From positions 96,001 to 160,000 of the forward strand of contig CAWCUS010000002.1 of NCBI GenBank assembly GCA_963798845.1: a stretch of 64,000 nt of DNA, read 5' to 3'. Positions 43,499 through 52,998 of the stretch are shown in pieces; position 1 is the first letter of the stretch, and each line of letters opens with the position of its first letter. The translations under genes and the position numbers were made by a program. Source of the stretch: an uncultured Gemmatimonadales bacterium (GTDB taxonomy: Bacteria; Gemmatimonadota; Gemmatimonadetes; Longimicrobiales; RSA9). Under the pieces are notes generated by a model. It was given only the letters and a program-made list of their open reading frames with translations, ran no database searches and was not told the origin of the DNA.

Positions 43499-45373
43499 AT
43501 GCAGGATCTCACTGAACGCCTCCTCGCCCTGGCGAGGGAGCTCCGCCGTCGCCGTGTCCTGCACACCGCGGGTATCTACCTCGTGGCGGCGTGGGCGGCC
43601 GTGGAGGTCACGTCCACGGTCTTCCCGCTCCTCTTCCTGCCGGACTGGGCCGCGCGCGCCGTGGTCGTGGCCGCGTTCCTCGGTCTCCCCGTGGTGCTGG
43701 TGCTGGCGTGGGCCTTCGATGTCACGCCCGAGGGGGTGCAGCGCGCGGAATCGGCGCCCGGTCGGAAAGTCCCCGTGGAGGCGAGAGTCGCGTTGGTCGC
43801 CGTCACTGTCGTGGTGACGGGGCTGGCCGGGTGGGGAGCGCGGGGATTCTGGCTGCGGGAGCCGGCCGACTCGACGGCGTCACTGGACCCGGCGCGCGTC
43901 GCCGTCCTCTACTTCGATGATTTCTCGGAAGGCCACCAGCTCGGGTACGTGGCGGATGGCCTGACGGAGGCGCTGATCCACGAGCTGGCGCAGATCGGGC
44001 CGCTCGAGGTGGTGTCGCGCAACGGCGTGAAGCCGTTCCGCAACCACTCGGTCCCCGAGGATAGCCTGGCCCTCCTGCTGAACGCGGGGACGATCGTGGA
44101 GGGGAGCGTGGAGTCGGACGGCGACCAGCTGCGCGCCACGGTGCAGATGATCGATGCCCGGACTGGGGTGCACACGTTGAGCGTGCGCCTTCAGCGCAGC
44201 GGGGACGACGTGCTGGAGCTGCGCGACGAGATCGTCCGGGAAGCGGCGAGGCGGCTCGGCCAGACGCTGGGGCGTGAGCTGGAGCTGGCCCGCGTCGGGC
44301 ACGGCCCGCACAGCGGCACGGCGTGGTCCGCGGTCCAGCAGGCGCACGCCCTCATGGACCAGGCGGACACGCTGGCGTGGACACTGGGCGATCAGCCCGG
44401 CGCGCTCGCGACCCTCGGCCGGGCCGACTCGCTTTTCGCCATCGCCATGCGCCACGACCCGCGCTGGATCGAGCCGTTGATCGGGCGGGCGGCCGTACGG
44501 CTCGTGCGCACCGTGATCATTACCGGCGCGGTTCGGGCGGAGCTCCCGGACAGTGCGGCGGAGCCGCTGCGGCAGGGACTTCTGTTCGTGAACCAGGCGC
44601 TTCAGATGGAGCCGCGCAGCTCGGAGGCGCTGTCGTGGCGAGGAAGGTTGCGCTACCGGCTGAGCTGGATCGGCGGCGACGCCGCGCCGAGCCTCGTGGA
44701 GGAGGCCGAGTCGGATTACCGCCAGGCGGTGGCCGTGGACTCCAGCAACGCCGAAGCGTGGGTCGGGCTGGCCGAAGCGCTCCGGTCGCGCGGCGAGTTC
44801 GGGGAGGCGGCGCTGGCCGCTGACCGTGCGCTGGCGGCGGACCCGTTCCTGATCCACGCGGAGAAGGACATCCTGTTCACGCTCTCGCACGTCTGGCTGG
44901 AGCTGGAGCGTTTCGACCGCGCGGCCGAGTTCGCAGCGGAGGGGCGTAGGCGCTACCCGGCCGAGCCCATGTTCGCCGCGGAGCTGCTGGTGCTCTCCGC
45001 CGGCTGGGCGGGCCCGCACATCCCGGTCGACTCGGCCTGGGCGCTGGTGCACGCGGTGGAGAACGGGTTCAGCATGACGTTCTGGCCCCACGGCCACCTC
45101 CAGGTGGCCGCCGTCCTGGCCCGGGCCGGACAGCCGGACAGCGCTCTGGCCGTGGTGGCCAGGGTCAAGTCCGGGGAGCCCAGCCCGTGGCTGGACTATT
45201 TCGAGGCCAACGTACGACTCCAGCTCGGGGAGCCCGGGGAGGCCATCGATCGCCTGGCCGACTTCGTCCGGGCCGTGCCCCACCGCAGGGACTACATCGC
45301 GCAGGACTGGTGGTGGCGACCGCTGGCCGACTCCACCCGGTTCAAGGAGCTGGTGGCGGACTCCACCGAGTAG
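43499..45373 (+). CDS. Membrane protein with TolB-like N-terminal (FlgO-like) domain and TPR repeats
   Basis: ELRRRRV..A..Y...AW three-TM N-terminus, VAVLYF, YVADGLTEALI..LA, VEGSV; TPR C-terminus. Confidence 0.75.
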   Translation: MQDLTERLLALARELRRRRVLHTAGIYLVAAWAAVEVTSTVFPLLFLPDWAARAVVVAAFLGLPVVLVLAWAFDVTPEGVQRAESAPGRKVPVEARVALVAVTVVVTGLAGWGARGFWLREPADSTASLDPARVAVLYFDDFSEGHQLGYVADGLTEALIHELAQIGPLEVVSRNGVKPFRNHSVPEDSLALLLNAGTIVEGSVESDGDQLRATVQMIDARTGVHTLSVRLQRSGDDVLELRDEIVREAARRLGQTLGRELELARVGHGPHSGTAWSAVQQAHALMDQADTLAWTLGDQPGALATLGRADSLFAIAMRHDPRWIEPLIGRAAVRLVRTVIITGAVRAELPDSAAEPLRQGLLFVNQALQMEPRSSEALSWRGRLRYRLSWIGGDAAPSLVEEAESDYRQAVAVDSSNAEAWVGLAEALRSRGEFGEAALAADRALAADPFLIHAEKDILFTLSHVWLELERFDRAAEFAAEGRRRYPAEPMFAAELLVLSAGWAGPHIPVDSAWALVHAVENGFSMTFWPHGHLQVAAVLARAGQPDSALAVVARVKSGEPSPWLDYFEANVRLQLGEPGEAIDRLADFVRAVPHRRDYIAQDWWWRPLADSTRFKELVADSTE

Positions 45374-45388
45374 GGCGTTCCAGGCCGA

Positions 45389-45799
45389 TCAGTGCTTCCC
45401 GACGATGATCTCCGGGTCCAATACCCGGACGTTCGCGCCGTCCCACACGCCGACCGAGTACTTGTAGCTCCCTTGCGGGGCGTTCGCATGCACCGCGGCC
45501 CGGAACGGGCGGTTCTTCTGCCCGTGCATGGCCTGTGGCGGGAGCGTGGGGCCGAACAGGTCGGCGTGCCGCTGCACCGCCAACCCGAAATCCAGGTCGC
45601 TGGCCCACTCGATCCGGGTGCCGGGGGTGACGTGAACCTGCATCGAGTCCACGACGACGGCCCCCGCGCTGTCCAGCGAGATCGTGATCGTGACGGGCCG
45701 CTGCACCCGATTCGCCGGAGCTGCCGCCGCGAGGGTCAGGAGCGCGGCAACGGCGAACAGGGAGGCGACGCGGATCCGGGGAGAAGTGAGACGCGACAT
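45389..45799 (-). CDS. Small secreted beta-sandwich (cupredoxin-like) protein
   Basis: Signal peptide; V.PG..IEW, GSYKYSV, LDPEIIV; GAGGA RBS. Confidence 0.65.
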   Translation of the reverse strand: MSRLTSPRIRVASLFAVAALLTLAAAAPANRVQRPVTITISLDSAGAVVVDSMQVHVTPGTRIEWASDLDFGLAVQRHADLFGPTLPPQAMHGQKNRPFRAAVHANAPQGSYKYSVGVWDGANVRVLDPEIIVGKH

Positions 45800-46181
45800 G
45801 TGTCTTTCCTCACGGGGGTGGGGGCTCGTCCCCGGGCACCGATCGCCCGGGCGCCACAGGCAGTGGCGCGTACATAGTACCTGAGGTGCTGCCGCGCAGA
45901 AAGGATCTCGTTGGCACGATGCCGCTCCCTTGACGCGCTCCACCGGCCGGCCGACTTTGAACCCGAACGCCGGGACGTCGCCCCCTACCCACGGCTCCGG
46001 CGGGCAGCATGGCTTCGCCGGAGGCTACCCTCATGCGTTCGCTGCCACACCGCAGACCGTCACGCGGTCTCGGCCCCCGTGCGTTCCGACGAGGCCGCGA
46101 GACCGGTGCGCCCCGAGCGTTCCGCGCACTCCCTGACGCTCGCGGTCCGATCCTCGCCCACGTCCCACGGCTGGAGGTCCC

Positions 46182-47228
46182 ATGGCAGGCATAGTCGGCT
46201 ACGGCGCGTACATCCCCCGCAACCGGATCCGGGCGGAGGAGATCGCGCACCAGTGGGGAAAGGACGCCGAGTCGATCCGCGCCGGGCTGCTGCTCCAGGA
46301 GAAGTCGGTACCCGGCCTGGACGAGGACACGATCACGATCTCCGTGGCGGCCGGGCGCGCCGCGCTGGCGAGGGCGGGCGTCGACCCGCAGAAGGTCGGG
46401 GCACTGTACATCGGCTCGGAAAGCCACCCGTACGCGGTGAAGCCGAGCGGCACGGTGGTCTCGGAGGCGCTGGGGATCGGGCCGCATGTGCACGTGGCGG
46501 ACTTCGAGTTCGCTTGCAAGGCCGGAACGGAGGCGATGTTCGTGGCGCTGGGGCTGGTGGAGTCCGGCCGCGTGGAATACGCCATGGGGATCGGGGCGGA
46601 CACGTCGCAGGGGGCGCCGAGCGACGCGCTGGAGTACTCCGCGTCCGCGGGAGGGAGCGCGTACATCTTCGGCAAGGACAATGTCATGGCCGACGTGGTG
46701 GACGCGGTCAGCTACACCACGGACACGCCGGACTTCTGGCGTCGGGAGGGTGAGTTCTACCCCCGCCACGGCGGACGCTTCACGGGCGAGCCCGCGTACT
46801 TCAAGCACGTGCTGAGCGCCACGAAGCTGATCCTGGAGCGCACTGGGCTGAAGCCGGCCGATTTCCGCTATGCGGTCCTCCACATGCCGAACGGCAAGTT
46901 CCCGCTGAGCGCGGGGAAACAGCTCGGCTTCACGCGCGAGCAGCTCGAGCCGGGGTGGATCGTGCCCACCATGGGCAACACGTATTCCGGCAGCTCGCCC
47001 ACCGGCCTGGCGGCGACGCTGGACATCGTGGAGCCGGACCGGCTCATCCTCATCACCTCGTTCGGGTCCGGCGCGGGCAGCGATTCGTTCGTGCTGCGCA
47101 CCACCGACGCCCTGGTGGAACGGCGCGGCCGTGCGCCTTCCGTGCGCTCGATGCTGGACGGTCCTCGGCGGTACCTGACCTACGGGGAGTACGTGAAGCT
47201 GCGCGAGAAGATCCGGATGAACGACTGA
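46182..47228 (+). CDS. Hydroxymethylglutaryl-CoA synthase, archaeal type
   Basis: GIVGYGAYIP, GSESHPYAVKP, EFACKAGT, DTPDFWRR, RFTGEPAYF, HMPNGKFP, GNTYSG, SFGSGAGSD. Confidence 0.93.
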   Translation: MAGIVGYGAYIPRNRIRAEEIAHQWGKDAESIRAGLLLQEKSVPGLDEDTITISVAAGRAALARAGVDPQKVGALYIGSESHPYAVKPSGTVVSEALGIGPHVHVADFEFACKAGTEAMFVALGLVESGRVEYAMGIGADTSQGAPSDALEYSASAGGSAYIFGKDNVMADVVDAVSYTTDTPDFWRREGEFYPRHGGRFTGEPAYFKHVLSATKLILERTGLKPADFRYAVLHMPNGKFPLSAGKQLGFTREQLEPGWIVPTMGNTYSGSSPTGLAATLDIVEPDRLILITSFGSGAGSDSFVLRTTDALVERRGRAPSVRSMLDGPRRYLTYGEYVKLREKIRMND

Positions 47229-47305
47229 CCGCGCGGCAGGCGCGGGGGGCGGGGGGCGGACCTGGGCCGGCGCGAGCCGGCAGGCGGAGAACCCGAGGAG
47301 GTTGC

Positions 47306-48454
47306 ATGCGCGACGTCGCCATTGTGAGTGCCGGGATGACCAGCTTCGGCGAGCTCTGGGATTCGAGCTTGCGCCAGAATGTTCGCGGAGGCCGCGCTGG
47401 AAGCGCTGCGCGGCGCGGGCGTGGACCACCTGGACGCGATCTACGTGGGGAACATGGCCGGGGGCCAGTTCGTGGGGCAGGAGCACCTCGGCCCGATTGC
47501 CGCGGACCAGCTGGGGATGGCCGGCGTGCCCGTGACGCGGGTGGAGTCGGCCTGCGCGTCGGGGGGATGGCGCTGCGGGCGGCGTGGATCGAAGTCGCCT
47601 CGGGGCTGAGCGACGTCGTGCTGGCCGCGGGCGTCGAGAAGATGACCAATGGCGCCGACGCCACCAACGTCCTGGCCACGGCGGCGGACCAGGAGCTGGA
47701 AGCGTATCACGGGATCACGTTCCCCGGGCTCTACGCCATGATCGCGCGGGCCCACATGGCTACGCGTGGAACCACGCTGGAGGACATGGCGTGGGTTTCA
47801 GTGAAGAACCACCGGCACGGTGCGCTCAACCCGCGTGCGCAGTACCGGCGCGAGATCACCGTGGAGGACGTCATGGGCTCGTCCCTGGTGGCCGAGCCGT
47901 TGCGGCTGCTCAACTGCTCGCCCGTGAGCGACGGGGCGGCGGCGGTGCTCGTGGTGCCGCTCGAGCGGGCGAAGGAGTTCACCGACCGGCCGGTGGCGAT
48001 CCGCGGGAGCGGGGCCGCCACGGCGCCGCCCGCGCTGGCGGACCGCGAGGACCCGTCGGTGCTCACGGCGGTGAGGCTGTCGGCGGAGCGCGCGTACGCC
48101 ATGGCCGGCATCAAGCCGTCGAACGTGGACGTGGCCGAGGTCCACGACTGCTTCTCCATCGCCGAGATCTGCTGCATCGAGGCCATGGGCCTCACCGACG
48201 GCTGCAACCCGGCGCAGGCGGCGAAGAGCGGCTTCACGGCGCTGGGCGGACGCCGCCCGGTGAACACGAGCGGCGGACTGAAGGCGAAGGGTCACCCCGT
48301 AGGCGCCACGGGGGTGGCGCAGGCGATCGAGATCTTCGAGCAGCTGCGGGGGGAGGCGGGCAACCGCCAGGTGGAGAATGCACACATCGGCGTCGCGCAG
48401 AACATGGGCGGCTCCGGTGGCAGCTCCGTGGTCCACGTTTTCGAGAGGGTGTGA
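47306..48454 (+). CDS. Archaeal-type acetyl-CoA acetyltransferase (thiolase) with two compensating frameshifts (~47378 and ~47561-47566)
   Basis: MRDVAIV..GMT.FGE; VESACASGG in shifted frame; GVEKM, VKNH, CSPVSDGAAA, EVHDCF, SGGLKAKGHPVGATG, NMGGSG. Confidence 0.9.
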   Translation: MRDVAIVSAGMTSFGELWDSSLRQNVRGGRAGSAARRGRGPPGRDLRGEHGRGPVRGAGAPRPDCRGPAGDGRRARDAGGVGLRVGGMALRAAWIEVASGLSDVVLAAGVEKMTNGADATNVLATAADQELEAYHGITFPGLYAMIARAHMATRGTTLEDMAWVSVKNHRHGALNPRAQYRREITVEDVMGSSLVAEPLRLLNCSPVSDGAAAVLVVPLERAKEFTDRPVAIRGSGAATAPPALADREDPSVLTAVRLSAERAYAMAGIKPSNVDVAEVHDCFSIAEICCIEAMGLTDGCNPAQAAKSGFTALGGRRPVNTSGGLKAKGHPVGATGVAQAIEIFEQLRGEAGNRQVENAHIGVAQNMGGSGGSSVVHVFERV

Positions 48455-48456
48455 CA

Positions 48457-48858
48457 ATGCCGAGTCCCAGGTACTGGCGAGAGATCCCGGCCCGCTACCG
48501 GCTCGAGGGCAGCCGCTGCACCGCATGCGGCAAGGTGGTCTTTCCGAAGCGGCAGGTCTGTCCCGCGTGCAGGGGCGAGGAAATGGAAGAGCTGCGGCTC
48601 TCGGCGCGCGGACGCGTGGTCACCTCCACGGTGATCCACGTGGCGCCGGACGAGCTCACCCCCGAGGCGCCGTACGCCATGGCCATCATCGAGACTCCGG
48701 AAGGCGCGCGGTTGATGGCGCAGGTAGTGGACTGCGTCCCGGAGGAGATCCTCCCTGGCGTGGAGGTGGCGCTCGAGTTCCGCCGCATACGCGCGGAGGG
48801 ACACGGCGGCATCCTTTGCTACGGTCACAAGGCCGTGCCGGTCGGAGGCGCATCGTGA
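48457..48858 (+). CDS. DUF35 Zn-ribbon/OB-fold protein
   Basis: PRYWREIP.RYRL.G..C..CG...FP.R.VCP.C, APY..AII, EFRRI...G..G...YG.K. Confidence 0.92.
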   Translation: MPSPRYWREIPARYRLEGSRCTACGKVVFPKRQVCPACRGEEMEELRLSARGRVVTSTVIHVAPDELTPEAPYAMAIIETPEGARLMAQVVDCVPEEILPGVEVALEFRRIRAEGHGGILCYGHKAVPVGGAS

Positions 48859-49061
48859 ACGGCGTGGTGGAGGTCCCGGTCGTCGCCCGGGTCAGCGACG
48901 AGCACTACCGCGCCTATCAGGCCGAAGCCCGGCGCCGCGGCGTCCCGGTGGAGCAGCTGGTGGCGCACACCGTGAACTGCCTGCTCGAGGAGCTCGAGCG
49001 GGAAGAGAACGAGTGCCGCGACGTGCTTCGCCGGACGACCCCCGCCGGCGGCTCCGCGTAG
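48855..49061 (+). CDS. Small ribbon-helix-helix-like protein
   Basis: GTGA overlap, GGAGG RBS; beta strand VVARVSDE then helices Y.A.ARRRGVPVEQLV. Confidence 0.55.
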   Translation: MNGVVEVPVVARVSDEHYRAYQAEARRRGVPVEQLVAHTVNCLLEELEREENECRDVLRRTTPAGGSA

Positions 49062-49340
49062 ACCCGGGCCCCGACCGCCGGGCTGTTCCTCGGTGACGTA
49101 GCCGGCTCCGCGACCAGGAAGACCTTCCTGTGCGCGGCGATGTACCGCGGCGCGTCGTCCACCGAGCCCTCCGAGATCTGCGACAGATCCCCTTCGTCGC
49201 GCAGCGTCGCTCCGCGGATCCGCTTCACGGCTACGGGGTCCATTCGCGGCCTCGTGCGGTTCGAGCGGCGAAGTCGGCACGGGACGGCTCGCCTGTTGCG
49301 TTCGTGAAGGTGGGAGCATCCACCAGACCGGAGGGGGCCG

Positions 49341-50402
49341 ATGTCGAGCGATCGGAAGAGTCAAAGCGAAGGCACGGAGCGCAGGAAGTGGGCCGGGGGA
49401 CGGGAGCGTTTCCGGGAGGCGGCGGAGCGCACGGCGGAGGCGCAGCGGCGGATCCAGGCCGAGCTGGAGCGGAGAGAGGCGGAGCGCGAGCGCGGGGGCT
49501 CCGATGGCGAGGGTGGTGATGCGACGGAGGCGGTGCAGGCGAGCGCTCGCGAAGAGCCGGAGTCGCCCGTCCCGGAGCAGCACCAGGCCAAGCCGGGGCG
49601 GGAGTCGGAGCTGGAGCCGGCGCCGCGCTTCGCGGGCCACGGGTACAGAGGGTCGGGGAAGCTCGAAGGGCGGGTGGCGCTGGTCACCGGCGGCGATAGC
49701 GGGATCGGCAGGTCGGTGGCGGTCCTGTTCGCCCGGGAAGGGGCGGACGTTGCAGTCGTCTACCTGAGCGAGCACGAGGACGCCGAGACCACGAAGCGCG
49801 CCGTGGAGGCGGAAGGGCAGCGCTGCATCACGCTCTCCGGCAATGTACGGGATTCCGCCTTCTGCGAGTTCGCCGTGGAGCGCACCGTTGAAGAGCTCGG
49901 CGGTCTGGACGTGCTGGTGAACAACGCGGCGTTCCAGGAGCACGCCAGGTCGCTCGAGGACCTCACGGATGACCACATCCGGATGACTCTGGAGACGAAC
50001 ATCCTGGGCTACATGGCCATGGCGAGGGCCGCGCTCCCTCACCTGGGCGAAGGAAGCGCCATCGTGAACACGGGGTCGGAGACGGGGCTGTTCGGGCAAC
50101 CGATGCTGCTGGACTACTCCGCGACGAAAGGGGCGATCCATGCCTTCACGCGCGCCCTCGCCCAGAACCTGGCCGACCGCGGGATCCGCGTGAACGCCAT
50201 CGCGCCCGGACCGGTGTGGACGCCCCTCAACCCGGCCGACCGGGCGGCAGAGGCAGTGCCGGAGTTCGGGAGCGACACGGCCATGCACCGGCCCGCCCAG
50301 CCGGAGGAGCTCGCGCCCGCGTACGTCTTCCTCGCCTCGCCCGTCACGGCCGGGTACATCACGGGCGCCGTGCTCCCGGTCATGGGCGGCGTAAAGGGGT
50401 AA
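49341..50402 (+). CDS. SDR oxidoreductase (general stress protein YdaD/YghA-like)
   Basis: Y.GSGKL.GRVALVTGGDSGIGR, NNAA, YSATKGAI, PGPVWTP, RPAQPEE. Confidence 0.93.
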   Translation: MSSDRKSQSEGTERRKWAGGRERFREAAERTAEAQRRIQAELERREAERERGGSDGEGGDATEAVQASAREEPESPVPEQHQAKPGRESELEPAPRFAGHGYRGSGKLEGRVALVTGGDSGIGRSVAVLFAREGADVAVVYLSEHEDAETTKRAVEAEGQRCITLSGNVRDSAFCEFAVERTVEELGGLDVLVNNAAFQEHARSLEDLTDDHIRMTLETNILGYMAMARAALPHLGEGSAIVNTGSETGLFGQPMLLDYSATKGAIHAFTRALAQNLADRGIRVNAIAPGPVWTPLNPADRAAEAVPEFGSDTAMHRPAQPEELAPAYVFLASPVTAGYITGAVLPVMGGVKG

Positions 50403-50436
50403 CGATCGCGACGCCGCGTCTCGAACCGTCGAGCCG

Positions 50437-51267
50437 ATGAGAGAACGACGCAGCATATCCCGCCCCGCGCTGGCCGTCGTTCTCGCCCTGTGCGTGCTCC
50501 CCGGCGCGGCAGGTGCGCAGGGGAGTCAGGCCGGGGACGCCGGGCCGCGCCCGCTCTTCGACCAGCGCGACGCCTGGATCGCAGCCGCCTACGTGGGCGG
50601 CGCCGCCCTGTCCTTCCCCTTCGACGAGCGCGTGGCCATGGCCATCCGCGATTCCGTGTTCCAGGAGTCGCGTGGACTCAAGCCGGCGGCGCGCGCGTTC
50701 AACTTCCTGGGATTTCCAGGCTCGCTGCTGATAAGCGCCGTGGTCTACGGCGGCGGGCTCGCCGCGGGAAGCCACGACGTGAGCGGCATGGGTCTGCACA
50801 TGGGCGAGGCCATCATGATGGCGGAAGGATTCACGTATGCCATCAAGACGCTGGCGGGGCGCGCTCGTCCCGCCCTGGACATCCACGCCCCATTCAACTT
50901 CCGCCTCGCGCGCGGCATCCGGGGGAGTCCGTACCAGTCCTTCCCATCCGGGCATTCCACCGCCGCGTTCGCCACCGCGGCGGCGGCCGCCCACGAGCTG
51001 CGGAACGTCTGGCCCGGGCACGACATCCTGGTGGGCATGGTGACGTACGGAGCCGCCACGATGGTGGGGCTGAGCCGGATGTTCGACAATCGCCACTGGA
51101 CCAGCGACGTGGTGTTCGGCGCCGCCATCGGCGCGTTCAGCGGATGGAAGGTCGTACGCTACAACGACGAGCACCCGGGCAACCGGCTGAACCAATGGCT
51201 GCTGGTGGGCTCGTTCGTGCCCGGCCGCGGCGGTGGCTTGGCCGTCGGCCTGCTGCCCGCCATGTGA
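50437..51267 (+). CDS. PAP2 family phosphatase
   Basis: K...GRARP, SFPSGH, SR....HW.SDV. Confidence 0.9.
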   Translation: MRERRSISRPALAVVLALCVLPGAAGAQGSQAGDAGPRPLFDQRDAWIAAAYVGGAALSFPFDERVAMAIRDSVFQESRGLKPAARAFNFLGFPGSLLISAVVYGGGLAAGSHDVSGMGLHMGEAIMMAEGFTYAIKTLAGRARPALDIHAPFNFRLARGIRGSPYQSFPSGHSTAAFATAAAAAHELRNVWPGHDILVGMVTYGAATMVGLSRMFDNRHWTSDVVFGAAIGAFSGWKVVRYNDEHPGNRLNQWLLVGSFVPGRGGGLAVGLLPAM

Positions 51268-51285
51268 TGGCCAGGCGCGCCGGGC

Positions 51286-52023
51286 CTACAGCCAGTGCTG
51301 GAAGAGGACCATGCTGATCGCGGCCGCGCTGGCCAGGCTCGCCACCGCCGCGCGCGTGCCCTGGTGGAACGCTTCCGGGAGCAGCTCCACGAGCACCATG
51401 AACACCATGGCGCCCGCGGCGAACCCCAGACCGTATGGCAGGGCGCTCCGGAACGCCTCGACGAAGAGAAACGCGGGCACGGCCATCACGGGCTGCGGCA
51501 GCGACGATATGATGCTCCAGCCCGCGCAGCGGGCCACGCTCACACCCTGCGGCCGGAACACGGCGCTGATCGCCACACCTTCCGGGATGTTGTGGATGGC
51601 GATGGCGATCGTGATGAGCGCGGCGAGGGTCATCCCGCCGCCGAAGGAGACGCCCACGGCCACACCCTCGGAGAACGAGTGCACGGTCATCACCACCATC
51701 ATGAGCAGCATCTTCTTCGCGCCCTCGCCACGCGCGGCCTCGAACACCAGCTCCTCCTCGTCGCGGTCGCCGAGGATCCGCTGCGTGACCAGGATGAAGA
51801 GCACACCGACGACGCCGCCCACCACCACCTCCACCCTCCCGTAGCCCGACCCCTCCGACACCAGCCCGAAGCTCGCCCCGAGCATCAGCCCGGCCGCCAC
51901 CGCGTTGGAATACGCGATCAGGCGAACGGACGGCCGGCGAACGAAGGCGAAAGGAAGCGCGCCGAGACCCGTGGCGATCGCCGTCGCCAGGGCGTAGAGG
52001 AAGACCAGGACGACCGTGCTCAC
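51286..52023 (-). CDS. ZIP family metal transporter
   Basis: ATGLGALP, HSFSEG, HNIPEG, SSLPQP, GFAAGAM. Confidence 0.9.
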   Translation of the reverse strand: MSTVVLVFLYALATAIATGLGALPFAFVRRPSVRLIAYSNAVAAGLMLGASFGLVSEGSGYGRVEVVVGGVVGVLFILVTQRILGDRDEEELVFEAARGEGAKKMLLMMVVMTVHSFSEGVAVGVSFGGGMTLAALITIAIAIHNIPEGVAISAVFRPQGVSVARCAGWSIISSLPQPVMAVPAFLFVEAFRSALPYGLGFAAGAMVFMVLVELLPEAFHQGTRAAVASLASAAAISMVLFQHWL

Positions 52024-52748
52024 GGAATGTGCCCGCCGAGCAGGACCACCAGCCCGAGGGCTACCATCGAGACGAGAGCGATGCTGGTGCTGCCAGCCTG
52101 CCGGTAGGACTCCGGCAGGAGCTCCACCAGCACCAGCTGGAACAGGGCGCCCACGGCGAAGCCGGTGGCCAGCGGAAGGAGCGCCGGGATGGCGGAGATC
52201 ATCGAGAAGGTGACCACCGCCAGCAGGACCTGGTTGATGTTCGTCGCCAGGGCGAGACCCAGCGACTGGACCACAGAGAGGCGCTGCCGCGTCAGCAGCG
52301 AGCTCAGCACCATCGCCTCGGGGATGTTGTGGACCGCCAGCGCCAGAGCCATCGAGATCCCCAGCGGGATCGAGACCAGCATGGCGACGCCGATCGCGAT
52401 CCCCTCGTGCGCCGCGTGGAGCGTGTCGGCCAGGATCACCTTGTAGCCGTGCTCGATGCTGTCCTCCTGTATGCGGTCGAGCTCGGCCGTTCCGGTGAGG
52501 GCGTGCGTGGCTCGCACGAAGCCGATCCCCACCACGGCACCCACCGCTCCCGCCAGCAGCCCCGTCTTCAGCCCGGCGGTCAGGAGCATGTAGGCCACGC
52601 CGAACATCAGACCGGCGGCCACGGCGTTCGCCCAGCCGATCACCGAAGTGCGCGGGCGGCCGCCCAGGACCTGCGGCAGCACGCCCAGCATGGCTGTGAA
52701 CGAGGCCACGGCCGAGTAGACGAAGACGGTGACAACCGGGTTGCGCAT
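52020..52748 (-). CDS. ZIP family metal transporter (divergent paralog)
   Basis: HAAHEG, HNIPEA, GFAVGAL, ELLPESY; GTGA overlap with next ZIP. Confidence 0.85.
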   Translation of the reverse strand: MRNPVVTVFVYSAVASFTAMLGVLPQVLGGRPRTSVIGWANAVAAGLMFGVAYMLLTAGLKTGLLAGAVGAVVGIGFVRATHALTGTAELDRIQEDSIEHGYKVILADTLHAAHEGIAIGVAMLVSIPLGISMALALAVHNIPEAMVLSSLLTRQRLSVVQSLGLALATNINQVLLAVVTFSMISAIPALLPLATGFAVGALFQLVLVELLPESYRQAGSTSIALVSMVALGLVVLLGGHIP

Positions 52749-52998
52749 CGGCACGGAGGTATTGTGGCACCCGCCCGGGCATTCCGCGAGAGGCGCTTGC
52801 TGCTCATGACGCCGTGGAGCGGGCGGCTCGGCGCGCACCACGCGACGCACCGGCCGGCACCCGCGCGGGCCCCCCGGCGCCGTTCCTGCATGACGACGCA
52901 CCGGAACCCGCGCGCGGAACCCGCGCGGGCGGGGCACTCCAGCGCGCCGGTCGCCGCTGGCCCGCGACGCTCTGACCACCACATGGCTCGACGACCCA

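Noticed and set aside
45910..45930. Sigma-54 promoter TTGGCACG
   Set aside because: The -12 GC is one base off the required spacing and lacks TTGC.
48917..49243. Minus-strand 108-aa ORF
   Set aside because: No recognisable domain or clear RBS, and it overlaps the better-supported RHH-like ORF.
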